A stretch of DNA of 60,000 bases from Schmidtea polychroa. Taxonomy: Eukaryota. Shown piece after piece: positions 14,584-27,004 of the stretch. The notes beneath the pieces are model-generated. The model did not search any database, was not told where the DNA came from, and was given only the letters and a program-made list of their open reading frames with translations. Numbering within the stretch: position 1 is the first letter of the stretch; each line of letters begins with the position of its first letter. The stretch is from assembly GCA_044892525.1 (NCBI GenBank), contig CM097885.1, forward strand, positions 49,664,001 through 49,724,000, written 5' to 3'. Made by a program: the position numbers and the translations under genes.

Positions 14584-15235
14584 TTTGATGAGCCCGAAAG
14601 CATTTTCAATCTTGAAGAAACTGCCCTGTATACCAAGTTGTTGCCATTAAAAAATTTGAAATGATGAATTGGCCGGAAATTTCAAACTACCTCTTGATCT
14701 CTTGACGATTGCACCAATTTGTAGTGCTGTTGGTGAGAAATTGAAGCCTATAATCATCGGGAAGAGTGCAAATCCAAGATGTCTAAAAAATATTGATCGT
14801 AAAAAATTAGGAGTTGATTATTACAGTTCTGCTAAAGGTTGGATAACAACGGGGATTTTTCATAAAATATTGAATCAATTGAATTCGGAAATGACATGTT
14901 TTGGTAGGAAAATTATTATTTTGATTGATAATGCCACTTCATATGGACTATTAAATCTTAGCAATGTCAGACTTGTTTATTTTCCAAAGAATTGTACGAG
15001 TTTAATCCAGTCACTTGACATGGGAATAATTAAGTCATTTAAATCAAAATGCAACCGAAACTTTTTGCAGTACATTTATTTCGATTCTGATAATAATAAT
15101 CCCTATGAAAATTTAAAAGAAATCAAACTCCATGAGAAACTAATATGGATCGAACATGCATGTCAAGATGTTACCAAACAAACTACAGTCCGACTTTCAA
15201 AATTCAACAACTTCTTTTTTCGAGACATTTTATGA
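14584..15235 (+). pseudogene. pogo/Tigger-family DDE_1 transposase fragment
   Basis: IFNLEETALY (from IFNxDETGL), then in another frame GEKLKPIIIGKSANPRCL, KGWIT, ILIDNA, FPKNCTSLIQSLDMGIIKSFK. Frameshifted and truncated. Confidence 0.85.
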
Positions 15236-15595
15236 ATTCTACTGCCCGATATCAGAAGTTCAATTGTACTTAAAACCATAGGCGAAAATTTGTGTTGTGT
15301 CAAATTAAACATTTTTGATCTTTTGTCAGACGGGAAATGAATTCCTCTAAAAAAAGTTATTGTTGAAAAATTAAAAATAATAATTTACATGTCACAATTC
15401 TCGGTGATTTTCAAGGCCCAATTATTGTGCTAAATAGCAGTTTTTTGGGTTTCATTGAACATTTTTGGAATTTTATCCAATTTTAGGAATTACATTAATT
15501 TCAGCAAGTGCAGAAATTTTCAGAAAGTTATCGTTTGTTAGGTGAATCTTTGAATAAATTTATAGAGTAAGATTTTACACAAATTTGGTTATGAG

Positions 15596-16039
15596 CAGTG
15601 CTCGAAGTGAGGCGGGATAGCCGGGATATTATCCCGGCATTGATTATGTAGGCGGAATTGCATCCCGGCACTTAATTTCATATAATCTATAGGTTTATCC
15701 CGGTACTTATTTCATTTTATAGGCACACAAATACTGCAATTAAGGTCACACATAGTACATCCATATATGTATGTATATATATATTCTTTATTCTCTATTC
15801 TCTATTCAATTAAGAATTTCAAAGCAGCAGTAATGGATAGGTAGGTATATTCTCTTATTTATTTTAGTTAAACCAGCTACTTATGATTAAATGGGTGGAC
15901 ACCCCCCCCCAAAAAAATTTGTTGGACACCCCCAAAGTTTTGCAACACCCCCAACTGAAAATTTCTGCATAAAAGCCTGGAATCCCGGGTGCCACAGCAT
16001 GCCTATCCCGGCACATATTTTGTTCCACTTCGAGCACTG
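15596..16039. mobile_element. hAT-type MITE (444 bp)
   Basis: Perfect 14-bp TIR CAGTGCTCGAAGTG, perfect 8-bp TSD GTTATGAG (15588-15595 and 16040-16047), subterminal ATCCCGG repeats. Confidence 0.9.
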
Positions 16040-16407
16040 GTTATGAGGGTTTGTTTGATAAAAATTTGATAGTTTTTTATTACATTAGTAACACTTATTA
16101 ATATTCGTTTGCTTTTCTTTCTGGTAAATTGAAATTTTAATCTATGAGAACTTATCAAATAATTGCTAATAATTTGGAGATTTTTCGCTTCTTCATTTGA
16201 ATAAAAAAAATCATTGGAGTTTAGTTGTTTACAATTGTTTTAATTGTGTACGCATTACGATTTAAATTGATCCAAATTGTTTTCTTATCTTTGTCGTAAT
16301 TGGATTTTTTTATTTACTTACGTTTGTTTGTTATTTATTCTTATTATTGTTCAAGGCTTCTTTTTCCATTACTTGTAGATAATAACAATTGAATGGGAAT
16401 ATATGTG

Positions 16408-16530
<123 letters not shown>

Positions 16531-17479
16531 CATATTTTATAAATTAAATTAATTAAATGAGATGGTAAATAAATATTAGAATTCATTTGTTTTTTACTGA
16601 AATTGAGTAAATAATATCATCTTGATTTTTGATTTTTATGTGTGTAAATTTGATGAAAGCAAAGGTATGAAAGAGAACAAATATTGAAATGTTGATTCAG
16701 TCTTTCACACCTGTTTTAATATCATTGATGTCAAATATTATTCGGTGATTGAAAAAGTTCCCAATACAAACAATTATCAAATTGATATCAACAAATGCCT
16801 TTGAGAAGAGTCAAGAGTAGGGCAACCATTTTAATTCCTTTGAACCTCTCAGCAAGACAGTTTATTCTGAATTGTAATTTCTATAAAATTATTTTTATCG
16901 AGAGTTTATTTTTCATTTTGGTAACTTTTGTCAGTGTCTCTCTTATAAAAATTTGTTTTGTTATGTAAATTGGAGTTTTTTCCTACTTATATTTCGTAAT
17001 TATAATGAGAATTTGGTCAATAAATACATTCTATAGTTTTTTTGATAATTTTTTGAGATTTTTGATAATAAAAAATAATTTAATAGAATTTTTCCTGATA
17101 ATTTTTTTTATAAAAGGAAAATTTATTTTTTATATTTTTAGAATTTTTGATGTCGTCAATATTTTCCTGGGTTTGGTGATTCTATTTGATCAATTCTTGT
17201 TTTCTTTTCTTTGAGTCCCTATGACATTTTTCTCGGTCAAGTTTTTGGCTTTTTTAATTTTATTTTTACTGCAATGAATTTAAATGTTTTTTTCAAAATA
17301 TGTTTAAAAAAAGAAAATTAATATTATATAAAATTTTGAATAATTTTAAATGTTTTCAAGACTGGGAGATAAATCGCTAAACGAATTAAGTTTCCTCAGA
17401 TTAACTATTAATAAATTAAAAAATTAACGTAATTGTAACATCATTTTATCCTATAGGTCTTGTTAGCGGTCCTCTAACT

Positions 17480-17593
17480 CAGGGCTTTTCAAACTGGGGT
17501 CCGTGAGCGATTTTAATTTTTTAGTAAAATGGTCCGTAAACTAAGTGTAATAAAAATTAGGGGTCCCTTGTTTAAAAAGTTTGAAAAGCCCTG
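17480..17593. mobile_element. hAT (Buster-type) MITE (114 bp)
   Basis: 16-bp TIR CAGGGCTTTTCAAACT; 8-bp TSD CTCTAACT/CTCTAATT (7 of 8 match, central TA). Confidence 0.85.
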
Positions 17594-18350
17594 CTCTAAT
17601 TCACCCCCTCCTTAGAAAATTTGAGTTAGAGAATTTAAATAACAAAACAAAATTTGTGATCTGAGGATTTCGATGAATGACATGAACTCAAGAAAAAGCG
17701 AATAATTTTTTTACAATAGGCAAAAAATGTCATAGAAACTTATATACACGATTTTCAATGGTTTCTGATGGGTAAAACTCGTTGTTGAATTAAAGTATTT
17801 AGAGTCTGAATAGACAAAAAAGCATAATAAATTTAATGAAAAACGATTCATTAAAGGTGGTTTGAATTAATTAATTATTTAAAAAGTAGTTAAATAGGTA
17901 CGATAAAACAAAAATAGTGCCATTGCAACATATACATGCAACATATACATTTAGAAATCTCAGCCCGAAATGTCCATGAGATAATATTATTTTGTTGCCC
18001 TTTTTCGAGTGATGCACGTTGAAATAATAACTTTGTATTAATCGTAATTATGTCTAATAGGGGGCAATTTATTCTAAAATACCATTTTTTAATGCAATGA
18101 CAGGAGTACTAACATGACATATGGCTATCTAATAGGGTTAAAGAACCCACGTGGGTATTGTATATGTTTGTCACATTTGACCAATCAATGGCCATAGTTT
18201 TTTTTATCAAAGACAAAGTTTTCCTAATTGCCAATAGCAATTTATTTAAAGTCTTCTGAAAAATTACGATGAAGAAATAAATTTTATATTATTTTACCTT
18301 AATGTTTAGTTGATTACTCAGTTATTTTGTACACCATTTAGTGTGCAGAG

Positions 18351-18459
18351 TCGGTTGGTTAGTTGTTAGTACCTGGCTGTTAGTATCTAGTTATAACCAG
18401 TTGCTAATACCTGATTGTAACTAATTGTTAGTACATAATTGTTAACACCTAGTTGGTAG
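18351..18459. repeat. Degenerate ~14-bp minisatellite (gttagtacctagtt-like), echoed at ~18898-18946
   Basis: Repeated gttagtac / gctaatacc / ctagttg units. Confidence 0.55.
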
Positions 18460-19261
18460 TGTAGTGCCTCTGACTTTCAAATTAATAAATATATTAATTT
18501 AATAATTAAATTTTAAATACATTATTAAATTAATTAAATTGAAATACATTGTTTAATATTCTCATATATTCGATTCTTCTTTCGAACATCGACACCTTTA
18601 TTCAAAAAAATATATACAAAATAATGGAATTTTATCAATTTACCAGAAGTCTGCTTCCTCCGAAAATACCTCATTCCAAACAACCAATATTGTAACATTC
18701 GAAACTTCTACTCATCAAACAAGCCACTGGCTCACTTCTATATTCGATTAGTTATGGTAACAGCACCAATTTTTTATCCTTAATATGTTCGTACGCGGTC
18801 AAAATTGGAAGTTATATTAATGAAGATACCATATACACTTTATACCAAGATGCTGACATTCAATAAATATATTATATCTATTAGTTTTGTGTTCCTGCAG
18901 TTAGTACTTAGTTGTTAGTTCATAATTGCTAATACCTAGTTGGTTGATTAATTATTATTATTATTGTTTAAAAAATTTATTTCATTAAAATTAGCATTAA
19001 AAATTAACTTAATAATTATTTCATATAAGTTGCATAAAAAAATTATATAAAAATTTATGGCTATCGTGTAGAACACTAACCTATACTTTTAAAAAAAAAT
19101 TAATAAATTAGTAACGCCCGTTTGGCAATGGTGTTTGCTTTTTATATTTTGAACCTGGCAAGACCTGATAAATCCTTTTAAATTGGTTTCTTTCTTCACT
19201 AATCTCATTTCTTTGGAACAATATGAACACAGCTGTATAGATTTCACTTGTATTTTGGAGA

Positions 19262-19262
<1 letters not shown>

Positions 19263-19328
<66 letters not shown>
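19263..19328. repeat. (TA)n microsatellite
   Basis: Perfect dinucleotide run. Confidence 0.95.
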
Positions 19329-19329
<1 letters not shown>

Positions 19330-20832
19330 CTGCCACATAGGCTTTATTGTTCAAACATCATATTATACAAATACAATAGTTAACAAGAAAAAATTTACTC
19401 ACTTTTATTCAAAGAATTCAAACCATTATCTACAAATAAAATACAATTATAAAAATCTATATAAGTATTGGGATATTAAGATGTCTATTGATGGAATTAA
19501 ATATTGATCCAACTCCTCGTGTTCAGTGATCAAAGAAATAGAACTCAAATCCCAACAAAAACTTTATTTTTCGAATTGTACAAACTTTTTAAAATTACAA
19601 TGGGTATCACCCTAATAAGTCAAAATACAATTTGGTTTATCCCTCTTTTTTGAATCGTTCCCCTTCGCCTTCTTTAATTAATTCTGCTAAGTTTAAGTGA
19701 CTTTGCTTTATTATAATTTTCCCCTCTTTGACCAACTGGCACTCCCTGTCTGTTGCTCTCCCCTTTTATAGTGTTTCTCGCCAATCAATTGTGTTTTGAG
19801 AAACAGAATATGATGTACCCTCTCTCGCATATATATTGCCAATGAAAATAATCATTTTTTAGCCAGGTGAACAATTTATTGACTATATATAGATAACTCC
19901 CGGCAACACATTATTCTGACACTCGACTAGATAGCTATTAACATCAGTTAATTAATTTATTGGTGTATTTTTGGGCTTCTGACCCATCTATAAGCCTCTG
20001 ATCAAATTAAGATTATTTTATTTGTTTTCAAATTCTCATTTGCCACCAGTTATTAGCTCTTCTTCCCGAAAAAAGTTGATTTTTAATTTTTCCAAAATTT
20101 TAATTAATTTTAATTGATTTCGATAATTTGTGAAATTTTACATTTGTATTTCATATCTTTTGTATAACCGCACTATAAGTTAAAATATCAATAAAATCAC
20201 AATGATATATTACAAATAGTTGCAACTTATAAATATTTTTAAAGGTCCTTTGGTTGCTCCGAAAACTACAGTTACATATTAATGCACTGGAATAAGGTAT
20301 TTTGAAAATGAAATACTTTAATAATGACGCAGATAATACTAATTGGTCAATTAAATCTGTTAGGCTAGAACTGTAAATATTTGACATTGTTTTAATGGGT
20401 CGAAAAACATACACGTAAACACGCCAAGATGATTTGAAATGCAGAATAACATGTTAATTAAAACAAAATTAAATACATAACGTACCAAAATAGTTCGGGG
20501 TAAAATAATGTTCGAGAAACTTGTCATCTTCGAAAAAGGGAAAAATAAATAAAAGATAAAATGATAATATCGAAAAATTAAGAAAGATTAGTGGTCTCAT
20601 TTACATAGGAAGGACCATAATTAAATCAATTTAAAAGGTTATGGATCGTATTTACATAGGAATATTATGATCAAATCACTATAAACAGTCAAGAAATGAT
20701 AAAATATAATTAAATAAAGATCATGGAAAATTTTCCATAAAAATAGTAGAAAAATCTGTTAATTAAATTAAAATAGATTAATATATTAATTAGGTAATTT
20801 TTTAATACAACTAAAATAATGTACGATATCAC

Positions 20833-20981
20833 TTAACCCTTTGGTACATTTGACGAGTCTCAGTCGTTGTCTATATTTAGCTATCTATATAAAATGAAAG
20901 TATTCATCATGAAATTACAGTAAAATATAATACATTCCATGTTAAAAAAAAACTCAAATAAATCGGGACCCAAAGGGTTAA
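20833..20981. mobile_element. piggyBac-type MITE
   Basis: TTAA-CCCTTTGG ... CCAAAGGG-TTAA: TTAA TSD with CCC/GGG termini. Confidence 0.75.
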
Positions 20982-22262
20982 TGTGATAGTGTCATAAAAT
21001 ACACATTTGCTATTAACGCGATTAAATAAATATAATTAGGAAATCAGTTTAATTATACCTCAATTAATTTACACAGAGAATGCTTGAGTGGGACACAAAA
21101 TATAGCATAAGTTTCATATCTTTTCTACTGGTACCTGGGACTTGAAATTATTATTTTACATTTCTGGTTAACGATGAAGAAATTTATATGTCAAACTTTT
21201 AATGCTCACTGATTAGTTAGTTCTATTGAATTGTATAATATTAATTTAGATGAGTAATATTTTATTTAATAAATATTTAAAATTAATTTTATGCGTTCGT
21301 TTTGTTTATTAATAAAGATTACGAATCACTAATCCAAAATTTTATAAGAACAGAACGTAAAATAGACGATCCTCTCAGATGTTAGTACAAGGCTTGTGCT
21401 CAAAATCGGTATTAAGTGGTTCCTTCCGTGAATCCGTTTAAGGCCAGAGCACCAATTCGCCGTTGTCCACTAAGTAGAGATTAATGATTAGAAAACAAAT
21501 TGAGTAAGCTTTGATTTATGTGATTGGTTAGAAATCATAAATAAGTAAGGAAAGCTTCTCAAAATTATGGAAGATCTTAAAAAATTAGACAGATAAAAGG
21601 ATTGTAGGAGCAGTAGAACTCTGCACATACAATTCAAAGGTTATCCCTCATCAAAAACTTAACATAAAATAAAAGCGGATCCTTATTCAAATTTTTAAAA
21701 ACAATAAACAATGATAAACCACCAACAAGATAAATTGTGTTCTATTAATGAAATTAAAAATTAATAATCCCAGTTAAGAACAGATCCTTCTATCGGTAGT
21801 TAAGAACTCATGTGTGAGAATGGAATTGGTACTAGTTTATTCCGCCAATTTATTGTTAACCACGTGGTGGGTTACTGGTGGTTGAATGATTGAGTGCTGT
21901 TACCAGCGTAACCCAAAATACAACATTGTTTTTCCGCTTGGTACCCGTTGAGTGATCAACGTTGGTACTGTACCAAGGGTTGAGTACTCGCAAAAAGTGA
22001 GCGCATCAAAGCACTATAGTTGTCGAGTACTCCGTGGGTTCACGGACTACCGATAGAAGGTGTGTGTCCGATTTCTCAGGTCCCTTTATCAAAATTGTTT
22101 TCCCAACCTTATGCACAAACTCTCATTTCCCAGGCAATCATAAACTGTACTAGTCATTATTTTATCACTACAAAACGTGCAGTATTTTAACAAGGAACAT
22201 ATTATTTGAAGACTACCACAATACATAAAAATACTACAAAACACCTAAAACCGAATATAAGT

Positions 22263-22733
22263 TCAAACAGGCTTATTGGTAGGACTGGCCAATTTCGTCG
22301 CAGCTGCTAGTGACAAATTTGCTTGTCGCTCGTATTCGGCCAGTCTAGCTTTCTTCAATTTTTCCCGAATATTTCGGCCTAACCGCTTTCTTTTGGGTTT
22401 CTCTTTCGCGGCCGGGGGGTATATTGCTGCTAGTTCCACGGTCAACGGCCGGATTTGGCTTATGGCGGCTCCGTGAACTACTTGTTCATTGCGTTCGGTT
22501 TTTAACGCGCGGAGCTGGAGTTTCAGTGCCCGGATCTCCATCTGATCCTGCGCAGCTTGAGTCTGCAGTTGAAGGACCTGCGCCACCTTCTTTTTCATAT
22601 CCTCGGGACTAAACCAGGTGCTTTCTAGTTCCCGGCACCGTCCCTTGAGCTTGTCTACTCGTATGCGGAGCTCCTCGGACTGTTTTTGAGCTTCTGCCCT
22701 ATCTCTTCGCAGATTTTCCAATAGTTTGAACAC
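22263..22733 (-). CDS. LTR-encoded coiled-coil protein with basic C-terminus (3' LTR copy; no ATG, probably a spliced exon)
   Basis: 156-codon GC-rich ORF with heptad pattern and KPKRKRLGR. Starts at GTG directly after tttatctAG. Confidence 0.6.
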   Translation of the reverse strand: MFKLLENLRRDRAEAQKQSEELRIRVDKLKGRCRELESTWFSPEDMKKKVAQVLQLQTQAAQDQMEIRALKLQLRALKTERNEQVVHGAAISQIRPLTVELAAIYPPAAKEKPKRKRLGRNIREKLKKARLAEYERQANLSLAAATKLASPTNKPV

Positions 22734-22943
22734 TAGATAAATTCAACGATTATATTCTTGCAGCATACTATTCATTCAATTATAAAATAAAATCAATATT
22801 ATAAATAAACATAGTTTCGGATGTTAAGCACGCAATACACAAGATGATTTATTAAAAGGACTGAAATAATTATCACTAAAATCAAAGTTTAATAAAGTCA
22901 CAACTGAATGATAATTTGCAAAAACAAAATTTTTGACGATGAG

Positions 22944-23309
22944 TCAGTTCAGTCGCTTGCGAGGCCTTCCCCTCTTCCGCGGGGTTGCCTCGGCCTCTTC
23001 TAGGTCCTCCACGGTTTTTCCCTCTTTTTCTGCTTGGATTTGTAGCTCGATCTTCTTGAGTCGCATCTGAGCTGCTTCTACCTCGATGGCCGCTCGGTCG
23101 CGGGCCTCTTGCAAAAAATCGTTTGTGGGCTCTGTTTTTACCCACGCCGGAGCGTCCGGCTCCGGCCCACTCCTGATTACTGGGCCAAAGTTGTCGAGGT
23201 CCAAACCCCGATTCCAATCATGGATACGGTGCCATATGTACCGTGTACGGAGTCTGGTAAGCATCTGTCGGTCGGCTTCTTCGTGGCTATCGCTGTCAGA
23301 GTAGGACAT
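22944..23309 (-). CDS. LTR-encoded AT-hook protein (3' LTR copy)
   Basis: 121 aa with ATG after ttattttgtAG|aa, a coiled segment and C-terminal TPRKRGRPRKR. Confidence 0.65.
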   Translation of the reverse strand: MSYSDSDSHEEADRQMLTRLRTRYIWHRIHDWNRGLDLDNFGPVIRSGPEPDAPAWVKTEPTNDFLQEARDRAAIEVEAAQMRLKKIELQIQAEKEGKTVEDLEEAEATPRKRGRPRKRLN

Positions 23310-24259
23310 TTCTACAAAATAATAATCAAGCCCCTCTATACTGATTGAGATACGACGTCAACCACAAGATTTTGTTGACCCTTTTTCCCTTTAAAAAAAA
23401 ATATTTTATTTTAAGACTAACATCTATAAGCTTAGGAGCAGTGGAATAAGATTTCCTACTTTATCAAAACAAACACAAAAAAAAAAGGAATTTCGTCAAA
23501 ATTCGTTTGTTTAAATTAATCATTTCCATTCAAAATTTTGTTTACCACTGAGTGGTAATTTTAATTACCATTTATAAATTTTAATTTATATGTTAATAAA
23601 ATGTGAATTTTTTTTTTAGATCGTCATTTTTAGGCCACTAAATTCGGGCACGCTGGGGCGACAGGTACTAGCAACGAACTAAGCTCTTCGTCTGCTTACC
23701 TTTCCTTCGGTTGTGCTCGTTATGAGTGGTTTGCTCTACATGCAAGTAATTTATTTGATTTTTCTACTTCCTTATTTTTTAGGCGATAACATTAGGAACC
23801 TCGATCGAGTAAGGGGAATATATTAGCTTGGAGTAGTCTTCCCATAGTTCTTCCCAGGGAATGACATTTCATGCCCAATATTTGATTTGGACCCGCAATT
23901 TGTCCCTCGCAGAAAATTGGAAATTTTTCGGGAATATTTGTATTCTGTATGTAGGTAAATCTCTGCGAATTATGGCTTATTTATTCAATTGCATGGTTCG
24001 CCGGAGTCATCCTCACCATCTCCTGGAAACTCTTGATTGTCATAGCCCCGTCTTGAATTTTTCCTTAAGGTTTCTCTGGGGGGGGGGGGTGTTGCTAAAT
24101 ATAGATTTTCAGTTAGGAACGTTTTTATTGGGCAAAAGAATTGACTCCAAATCTAGATATGGGGAAAAATCAATAATTGATTTTTTGCTTTCCTAGTAAG
24201 TAATACTAATTATGATCATAACCGTAAAAATGGTGATAACGAGGATAACAAATGATCGT

Positions 24260-25140
24260 AGTGGTAATAATAATAATAGTAATAGTCATAATAACAATAA
24301 TGATAATAATAATAATGAGAACAATAAGGATAGCAATAAGAACAATAATAGCAATAATAATAGTAATAATGATAATGGCAACAATAATAATAATAGTGAT
24401 AATATAACTTTATATTTTACCATTCGTATTTTGGCTTTCACAATTTAGGGATTCATATTTTATGAGTTCGAAGGTTACATTTTGCACTTTACAGGTTTTC
24501 GTCTACGATTTTCAATTTTTTATCTTACAGTTTATAAATTCATACTTCAGAAGTTCTCATCATACACTTTATAATTTATAAATTGTTTATTTAACCTTTT
24601 ACCATTTTATATTTTTTACTTCCTAATTTTCTATTTTCAGATTTATAGTTTCATGGTCTACCATTTAGAAATTTGGATTCTTGATTTATGATTATATGGT
24701 TTAAATTTTTTGTTCAATATTTTACGACGTTATGTTTTCGACTTAATGGTTATGATTTATACAATTATAGTCTACTATTTAGAAATTTAGATTTTTACTT
24801 TATGATTATATAGTTTTTGCTGACAATTTATATTCAACATTTTACGATCTTACATTTCAGACTTCATCGTTATGATTTGCCCTTTTATGATCTACAGTTT
24901 AGATTTTTGATCCATAGTTGTATAGTTTATAACTTATAATACTATATTCGGTATTTTAGACTTTATGATTATACTTTACACTTTTAAAGTCTACAATTTA
25001 GAAATTTAGGTTTTTAATTTATAGTTGGTAGTTTTATATTCAGTAATTTACAGTTTTAGGTCTATAATTTATCAATATAATTATCTCCAAGCTATTATAG
25101 TTATTTATAAAAGTTATAATCAATTATTTATACCTTTAGG
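24260..25140. repeat. Low-complexity LTR block: AAT-rich tract plus degenerate ~110-120-bp tandem units (also at 54510-55390)
   Basis: AAT/AAC tract at 24260-24405. The motif tctac.atttagaaattt.g recurs near 24657, 24771, 24891 and 24990. Confidence 0.7.
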
Positions 25141-27004
25141 AATATGTTACAGTGAGAATTTAGATTCGGGATTCTTTTAAATTTATAACTTTTTCCCTTA
25201 CGTTGGATTCATTAAGTCGGTGATTTATTCACAGGTCTATCCAAATTTAAGCTCTACTTAGACATAGGCCGAAGAATTTTACCATTTCTATTATTCCAAT
25301 TACCATGGGCTCCTGTTACCAAACCTAATTCGGCATATGTCCAAGTGTACCAAAATATTATTATTGATCAACCAACTACATTAATGTGCTTGCAGAATTG
25401 TGTAAGTTTAGGTATGAGCTCTACTCAATTTAGGACCTTAGTGTGGAGTCGTTGTTTATGATTTTGAATGTGGATTTTTCATGTGTATTAAACGAAAGTC
25501 GGGAAGAATATTGCTTCCATGGCCCCACTGTGACCACTTCTACAAACCTTAGTGTTGTGTGCTGAGTCAACCATTTACGGTTGACCTTGAATAAATACAA
25601 AGAGTCAGGCGGAGGGTTTCCTCGACCTAACTCCATGGCAGGACCATGAAGTAGTTCGACCTCCGGCTGACCCGAACAAAAAGAAATCATATAATAAATA
25701 TCACTATAATAATGATAATGCGTGTCTGCATGTCCTGTTAATAACGATTTTAATAAATTGGATGCAGGACTGAACAACGACGCAGGAATACCAGTACGCC
25801 GTTGATCACTCATACATCGCAAAAAATTTTAAGCAAAAATAAATTTAAAATACCATCTATATAATTAAACAATTAATATACAAATAAAGATCAATGCTTA
25901 CTATCGATTTTGGAAATTTCGTCACAAAAATTTGGCATAAAAAAGTGATTGATTGTGACTGAAACGTGTCAGTATATATACCTATTTAGTACACGTGTAT
26001 GTATTGATGCATTAAAACAAACTCGAATTCTTTTTATTCCAGAATTTTCTATTTTACGATTTTGCTATTTTTAATGGCAATTTTTGTGCCATAATTTTTG
26101 TTTTTATTTTTATATTTTTATTTTTTAATTATTTTTCATTAATTTTACGTCCATGATGGATTTGGAACGGTTCCAGAACATTCTATTTTACTTTTAATTT
26201 AATTTTTATTTTAACTGATGTTTTTATGAATTCTTTTTGAGATTTTTTTTTTTTTTTTTTTTTTTTATTTTTAATACTAATTTATTTATTTTCCTTAACT
26301 TTTGTTGTTCTAGATAACTTTTGTGATGGTCATCGCCATTTTTATAGAATGTTCTGGGTTTTTCTGGAATGTTTTACTGTTTTTATCGTCTTTTAAGTTA
26401 TTCGAGTCTGTTTTTTGTAACTCTGTGTTTATTTGGTTATTTTTGAGTTAGATTTTTGCATCACTTCTTGCTTTTGTATAATTTTGTTTAATTTCTTTGT
26501 TTATGTTTTTGTTGCTTTCTCCTTTAGTTAATATTGTTTATTTGATGTAATTTTAATATTTAGCTAAACGTCTTGCTTTTGCATGTTGTGTACCTGCACC
26601 TTTCAGTCACAATTCAAGTTTGGGTCTAGAAGTCAGTTCTAGCCCAACATAAAACACTCGGGGGCCCATAAAATTGCGACCCGCAATTTAAATCACAAGA
26701 TGAAGAAAATTATTTTTCAGAATACTTGCACTATATTACAAGTGCCTACATGCAAATTGGGTCTACGAGCTACAGGGTCGTGACCTCAATACCCACATAC
26801 ATAAAAAGGCTACTATTATACTACATTCTACGGATGGGTTGAAAGATGAAGAAAAAGAACGACCGAGGTCGGTCCACACAAAAATAAAATTATCATGCTC
26901 AAGAATCAATGTTATTAGTCACAATCAGTCTCAGTCTTTGAAATCATGATTGTTTGATAATGTTTTATAATGTCATGAAATGTTTATACTGTCGTGATGT
27001 CACA

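Larger units (their letters stand above)
21865..26649 (-). repeat. 3' LTR (4,785 bp)
   Basis: TGGTGGGTT...AGCCCAACA; direct repeat of 52114-56899 with imperfect terminal inverted repeats. Confidence 0.95.

Noticed and set aside
19108..19338. ORF with an (IY)n run
   Set aside because: Artefact of the (TA)n microsatellite.
22882..23217. Overlapping alternative-frame ORFs in the LTR gene region
   Set aside because: Expected in a GC-rich segment. The 121-aa frame has the AG-ATG start and the AT-hook and is the better candidate.
24212..24448. Poly-Asn ORF (and its copy at 54462-54698)
   Set aside because: Translation of an AAT-rich low-complexity tract.
25430..25822. 130-codon LTR ORF (and its copy at 55680-56072)
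   Set aside because: Non-ATG start, no recognisable motif and no AG-ATG signature; coding status cannot be supported.
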